Position numbers and translations under genes: made by a program
Shown here: piece by piece, positions 58,188 through 64,000 of the stretch
How the letters are laid out: every line of letters begins with the position of its first letter
Position numbering within the stretch: the stretch's first letter is position 1
The notes under the pieces: model-generated
What the model saw: the letters and a program-made list of their open reading frames with translations, nothing else
Databases searched by the model: none
What the model was told of the DNA's origin: nothing
NCBI GenBank assembly: GCA_965644265.1
Contig: OZ286469.1
Location: 62,868,001 to 62,932,000 of the forward strand
Direction of reading: 5' to 3'
DNA length: 64,000 nucleotides
From: Glycera tridactyla
Taxonomy: Eukaryota

Positions 58188-59252
58188 CCTAGGAAACACC
58201 ATCATGGAGACACCTACAAACACACTCACACAACCACCACACACACCAACAAACAGCAGTGTAGTAGCAACAGCAATCATGTCGCCAACCACACGGATGC
58301 TCCCAAACAAACCGCGCAGCAGACAGCTTAACCCTATCCCCACAGCAGAAGAGTTAGCAGCACATCAGAAACAGAATAGCAGACATCAGATCAAGATGCC
58401 ATCTCCTAGGATCACAAAAACTGTGAAGAAAGCCAGCAACCCACCGATCAAGTATCTGTCCAACTATGACAGATACTACGAGCACCTCTACCTTCCAGAG
58501 AGGGCACCTGAAGTAGGGCAGGGAGAAGTCGAGATCGAAGCACTAGACTGCTTCTCTAGGAAGTACGGGCTTATCCCATCATCCTATGTGACCCAGATGG
58601 CGTCAGACAAACAGCACATTGACAGGTCATCCAACGAACAGCATGTCCAGATCCACTGGGTAGAGGGACACTACATCACCTCACAACTCAAAAACAAGAA
58701 ACTGAAGATCTGGGACTAGACCAACCAAAAACATCATCCAGAGGCTCACCCCACAGATCAAGGCGCTCTATGAGGAGAGCCAATTCGACCTGGTGCAGCA
58801 CAGAATAGTGCAGAACCAGAATAACAGCACAGACTGTGGCCCCTTCGCAGCAGCCTTCGCCCAAATCCTGGTCATGACGAAGGCTGACTTGGGACAAATC
58901 GAGTTCCAGCAGGGCTCAATATGGGAAAAATTCCAGGCCAACCTCAACACCCTGGAGTCTCTGCCCTTCAAAACGAAGAGGAATCCGTTGAAAATCAACG
59001 ACATCCTTGACCAGGCTGCCTCAAATGAAGTCTTTGCCAGGCAGACCATTCTAGAAGAAGCAGCTGGAAAATTCCCTAGTCTAGCAGAAGCAGCGGATTT
59101 AGCCAGTAAACACAGCAAGAGGGAGCTGAAAGAAGTGGTCAGCCCCACAAGATCACCACCCACACCACGAAGACAACAACAACCAGACAGGCCCAAAACA
59201 CACACCAGCTTCAAAGACAAGCTGACAGCACCCGCCGCAACATCACAGCCAG
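58066..59252 (+). pseudogene. Ulp1/C48-like protease ORF fragment, copy 2
   Basis: Same motifs. A 2-bp deletion (GACTCTAGA>GACTAGA) creates a stop at 58717-58719. Confidence 0.7.
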
Positions 59253-59849
59253 CCCTTCATACAGTACAGACTATCAGGTCCTGGACAATCATGCGCTGGT
59301 GTGTGCCCCAACACCACAGGATGGGCACGCCTGCCATGCAGGATTTCGATTGACATCAGTTACAAGTAAGCAAGATGATTACATTGCATTGTCAAAAGAC
59401 AATTTGGCCAACATGAAAGATGTTTTCAGTATGTTACTAACAATTCTCCGCACACTGCAATGATATGGGCATACAAGCTAATTTTTTTTGCATCTCAATC
59501 ATTGCTGTTGGTGACTTGATGCAGTTATCACCAGTCAATATTCTAATATATGTGATTTTGAGTAAATTTCACTGAAACTCCAAAAAGAAGATCATGTACA
59601 AAACCTCATTCAATGGTCTGCAACATTTGATGTTCTGAATCAATATGGACAAATTATACATCAATCGATGCAAAATCTCGTCCTGCATTGATGTTCCAAA
59701 TTTGGTGAAGATCCGTCAGAGTTGTGGAAGAATTTGACGAGGAATGGATATGAAGCTAGACGAAATCACTTCCTGGCTTCATTTTCGACTGCTGAAACAA
59801 TCATGACCATCAGTTGCTTTCGCTCACGTCCGTGAGTGTGCCTTATATC

Positions 59850-60575
59850 ATGAAAGAAAAGGCTCACTTGCCTATCGCTACCCAGACGTTGTCTGCAGTT
59901 ACTATATCTTCGTCGTCGCAAACCAAGAGAGAACCTGTCGTCGTACAGTCCCCGAAGGTACTCATCATGAGCAGCTCCCATGTTGCCAGGATTCCCTCCA
60001 GTGCCCTGCAGGGTGCCACCAACGTGTCTCTAGCCGGTCGCGAGGGATATACTTGGGGTGATGCCCTAAAAGTGCTCCAGGGCAGGATGGAACCAGCCCG
60101 GGGGACCGTACCCCTCAGCGATCTACAGCAGTTAATACTTGATAGTGATGTGTGCGTGTTTGTCTACGGTTCTAACGATTTGGCCCGTAGATTCTTTGAT
60201 GTGAAGCTGGGGGTGTGTCGAGGGCCTACCTCAGCTGAGGTTGTTGCAGATATGAAAGCCTTTCTATCTTATGTTCTCTACCTTCGAGTAAAGGCTGGTT
60301 TGCCTGTGCCACGTATCCACGTGTTGAGTGTTCTTGTGAGGCCAGATTGGGGACAAGAACTTGTGGATGCCGCGTGGAGGGTGAATGACGCTGTTTCAGC
60401 TCACCCTGACGTGGCATCTTTAATCATCCCTTTCTGGTTTCACCCGGAGTCCCACATCCGCCCTCTGACTGCACGAGGAAGTGTGGACAACAAGCATCTG
60501 CATCCCTATCTTTACAAAGAACTATTGAAGACTATAAAATGCGAGGTGAGGGGTCATGCTCCTGGTGACTGGTGA
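59850..60575 (+). CDS. SGNH paralog B, copy 3 (block I GSSH>SSSH)
   Basis: Full-length frame with the block I Gly substituted. Confidence 0.7.
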   Translation: MKEKAHLPIATQTLSAVTISSSSQTKREPVVVQSPKVLIMSSSHVARIPSSALQGATNVSLAGREGYTWGDALKVLQGRMEPARGTVPLSDLQQLILDSDVCVFVYGSNDLARRFFDVKLGVCRGPTSAEVVADMKAFLSYVLYLRVKAGLPVPRIHVLSVLVRPDWGQELVDAAWRVNDAVSAHPDVASLIIPFWFHPESHIRPLTARGSVDNKHLHPYLYKELLKTIKCEVRGHAPGDW

Positions 60576-60581
60576 GAGGTG

Positions 60582-61163
60582 ATGTTTCTTGTTATGTCCC
60601 TTTTGTATGTTCATGAATATACTGCCTCGAGCGCTGCTGCTACTATATCTACCAAGACTGCTGCGGTCTCTGCGACTATTTCTACACAGACTGCTACATC
60701 GAGCGCCTCTGCTACTACTTCTACCCAGACTGCTGCGTCCTCTACGACTATTTCGACACAGACGTCCGACGTGAAGGTTCAACCTGTATCAATACAGACT
60801 TTTGCAGTGCCATCCCTATCTTCGTCCTTGTCTTCTTCAGGTTCAAAAGTTCTCATCATGGGTAGCTCCCACGTGGCCCGGATTCCTGCTTCATTGCTAG
60901 AGGGAGCAACTAACGTGACTTTGGCTGGGCGAGAGGGCTTCACTTGGTCTGAAGCCCTACAAGTTTTGCAGGGAAGAAAGGAGCCTTCGCATGGGGACTT
61001 GTCTGCTGCTGCAATCCGAGACTTGATTCTAACAAGTACTGTTAGAGAAACTGTCACCCAGCAAGCAGGCCAAAAACCCATCTCAGGAAATCCAATCAGT
61101 TTCCAGCCCAGCACTGGACGATCTGGGATACACTCTATTGAACATAGAGAGCCTAGACACTAG
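60582..61163 (+). pseudogene. Truncated SGNH paralog C, copy 3
   Basis: Same structure as copy 1. Confidence 0.8.
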
Positions 61164-62188
61164 CCTAGGAAACACCATCATGGAGACGCCTACAAACACA
61201 CTCACACAACCACCACACACACCAACATACAGCAGTGTAGTAGCAACAGCAATCATGTCGCCAACCACACAGATGCTCCCAAACAAACAGCGCAGCAGAC
61301 AGCTTAACCCTATCCCCACAGCAGAAGAGTTAGCAGCACATCAGAAACAGAATAGCAGACATCAGATCAAGATGCCATCTCCTAGGATCACAACAAAAAC
61401 TATGACAGATACTACGAGCACCTCTACCTTCCAGAGAGGGCACCTGAAGTAGGGCAGGGAGAAGTCGAGATCGAAGCACTAGACTGCTTCTCTAGGAAGT
61501 ACGGGCTTATCCCATCATCCTATGTGACCCAGATGGCGTCAGACAAACAGCACATTGACAGGTCATCCAACGAACAGCATGTCCAGATCCACTGGGTAGA
61601 GGGACACTACATCACCTCACAACTCAAAAACAAGAAACTGAAGATCTGGGACTAGACCAACCAAAAACATCATCCAGAGGCTCACCCCACAGATCAAGGC
61701 GCTCTATGAGGAGAGCCAATTCGACCTGGTGCAGCACAGAATAGTGCAGAACCAGAATAACAGCACAGACTGTGGCCCCTTCGCAGCAGCCTTCGCCCAA
61801 ATCCTGGTCATGACGAAGGCTGACTTGGGACAAATCGAGTTCCAGCAGGGCTCAATACGGGAAAAATTCCAGGCCAACCTCAACACCCTGGAGTCTCTGC
61901 CCTTCAAAACGAAGAGGAATCCGTTGAAAATCAACGACATCCTTGACCAGGCTGCCTCAAATGAAGTCTTTGCCAGGCAGACCATTCTAGAAGAAGCAGC
62001 TGGAAAATTCCCTAGTCTAGCAGAAGCAGCGGATTTAGCCAGTAAACACAGCAAGAGGGAGCTGAAAGAAGTGGTCAGCCCCACAAGATCACCACCCACA
62101 CCACGAAGACAACAACAACCAGACAGGCCCAAAACACACACCAGCTTCAAAGACAAGCTGACAGCACCCGCCGCAACATCACAGCCAG
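61042..62188 (+). pseudogene. Ulp1/C48-like protease ORF fragment, copy 3
   Basis: Same 2-bp deletion plus an additional internal deletion near 61390-61400. Confidence 0.7.
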
Positions 62189-62785
62189 CCCTTCATACAG
62201 TACAGACTATCAGGTCCTGGACAATCATGCGCTGGTGTGTGCCCCAACACCACAGGATGGGCACGCCTGCCATGCAGGATTTCAATTGACATCAGTTACA
62301 AGTAAGCAAGATGATTACATTGCATTGTCAAAAGACAATTTGGCCAACATGAAAGATGTTTTCAGTATGTTACTAACAATTCTCCGCACACTGCAATGAT
62401 ATGGGCATACAAGCTAATTTTTTTTGCATCTCAATCATTGCTGTTGGTGACTTGATGCAGTTATCACCAGTCAATATTCTAATATATGTGATTTTGAGTA
62501 AATTTCACTGAAACTCCAAAAAGAAGATCATGTACAAAACCTCATTCAATGGTCTGCAACATTTGATGTTCTGAATCAATATGGACAAATTATACATCAA
62601 TCGATGCAAAATCTTGTCCTGCATTGATGTTCCAAATTTGGTGAAGATCCGTCAGAGTTGTGGAAGAATTTGACGAGGAATGGATATGAAGCTAGACGAA
62701 ATCACTTCCTGGCTTCATTTTCGACTGCTGAAACAATCATGACCATCAGTTGCTTTCGCTCACGTCCGTGAGTGTGCCTTATATC

Positions 62786-63511
62786 ATGAAAGAAAAGGCT
62801 CACTTGCCTATCGCTACCCAGACGTTGTCTGCAGTTACTATATCTTCGTCGTCGCAAACCAAGAGAGAACCTGTCGTCGTACAGTCCCCGGAGGTACTCA
62901 TCATGAGCAGCTCCCATGTTGCCAGGATTCCCTCCAGTGCCCTGCAGGGTGCCACCAACGTGTCTCTAGCCGGTCGCGAGGGATATACTTGGGGTGATGC
63001 CCTAAAAGTGCTCCAGGGCAGGATGGAACCAGCCCGGGGGACCGTACCCCTCAGCGATCTACAGCAGTTAATACTTGATAGTGATGTGTGCGTGTTTGTC
63101 TACGGTTCTAACGATTTGGCCCGTAGATTCTTTGATGTGAAGCTGGGGGTGTGTCGAGGGCCTACCTCAGCTGAGGTTGTTGCAGATATGAAAGCCTTTC
63201 TATCTTATGTTCTCTACCTTCGAGTAAAGGCTGGTTTGCCTGTGCCACGTATCCACGTGTTGAGTGTTCTTGTGAGGCCAGATTGGGGACAAGAACTTGT
63301 GGATGCCGCGTGGAGGGTGAATGACGCTGTTTCAGCTCACCCTGACGTGGCATCTTTAATCATCCCTTTCTGGTTTCACCCGGAGTCCCACATCCGCCCT
63401 CCGACTGCACGAGGAAGTGTGGACAACAAGCATCTGCATCCCTATCTTTACAAAGAACTATTGAAGACTATAAAATGCGAGGTGAGGGGTCATGCTCCTG
63501 GTGACTGGTGA
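62786..63511 (+). CDS. SGNH paralog B, copy 4 (block I GSSH>SSSH)
   Basis: Full-length frame with the block I Gly substituted. Confidence 0.7.
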   Translation: MKEKAHLPIATQTLSAVTISSSSQTKREPVVVQSPEVLIMSSSHVARIPSSALQGATNVSLAGREGYTWGDALKVLQGRMEPARGTVPLSDLQQLILDSDVCVFVYGSNDLARRFFDVKLGVCRGPTSAEVVADMKAFLSYVLYLRVKAGLPVPRIHVLSVLVRPDWGQELVDAAWRVNDAVSAHPDVASLIIPFWFHPESHIRPPTARGSVDNKHLHPYLYKELLKTIKCEVRGHAPGDW

Positions 63512-63517
63512 GAGGTG

Positions 63518-64000
63518 ATGTTTCTTGTTATGTCCCTTTTGTATGTTCATAAATATACTGCCTCGAGCGCTGCTGCTACTATATCTACCAAGACTGCTGC
63601 GGTCTCTGCGACTATTTCTACACAGACTGCTACATCGAGCGCCTCTGCTACTACTTCTACCCAGACTGCTGCGTCCTCTACGACTATTTCGACACAGACG
63701 TCCGACGTGAAGGTTCAACCTGTATCAATACAGACTTTTGCAGTGCCATCCCTATCTTCGTCCTTGTCTTCTTCAGGTTCAAAAGTTCTCATCATGGGTA
63801 GCTCCCACGTGGCCCGGATTCCTGCTTCATTGCTAGAGGGAGCAACTAACGTGACTTTGGCTGGGCGAGAGGGCTTCACTTGGTCTGAAGCCCTACAAGT
63901 TTTGCAGGGAACAAAGGAGCCTTCGCGTGGGGACTTGTCTGCTGCTGCAATCCGAGACTTGATTCTAACAAGTACTGTTAGAGAAACTGTCACCCAGCAA
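63518..64000 (+). pseudogene. Truncated SGNH paralog C, copy 4 (runs off window)
   Basis: Same sequence as copy 3 up to the window end. Confidence 0.75.

Larger units (their letters stand above)
53249..64000 (+). repeat. Array B: head-to-tail ~2.94-3.02 kb unit, about 3.6 copies, continuing past the window end
   Basis: Unit starts at CCCT(G/T)CATACAGTACAG at 53249, 56238, 59253 and 62189. Confidence 0.97.

Noticed and set aside
1-64000. Autonomous transposon, endogenous virus, rDNA or histone gene array
   Set aside because: No RT, integrase, transposase, helicase, polymerase, capsid, rRNA or histone sequence recognised in the ORF track or by eye.

Overview
Eukaryotic, probably invertebrate, DNA made almost entirely of two adjacent gene-bearing tandem arrays, with all genes on the + strand. 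The host guess is a weak inference from SINE-like tails. Array A (1-52441) has 16 head-to-tail units of about 3.4 kb. Each unit carries a structured upstream ~108-bp doublet, a GC-box/CCAAT/TATA-like/Inr promoter and an intronless 367-aa ORF. That ORF has a basic N-terminus, a Thr/Ala/Ser-rich linker with three ISTQT motifs, and an SGNH hydrolase domain with all four catalytic blocks. The rest of the unit holds (TG)n microsatellites and a SINE-like insertion. Thirteen ORFs are complete and intact, one is cut by the window edge, and two are disrupted. Array A also shows a 13.6-kb 4-unit higher-order duplication, a 1.1-kb deletion junction separating two subfamilies, and a 26-bp micro-inversion. 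A short unique junction (about 52440-53250) leads into array B (53249 to the window end), which has about 3.6 units of ~3.0 kb. Each B unit carries a diverged SGNH paralog, a truncated third paralog and a broken Ulp1/C48-like cysteine-protease ORF fragment. No reverse transcriptase, transposase, integrase or Rep/helicase was recognised. The main candidate novelty is a protein-coding macrosatellite whose product combines a probably transposon-type SGNH esterase with multivalent, LC8-type TQT motifs retained in all three paralogs.
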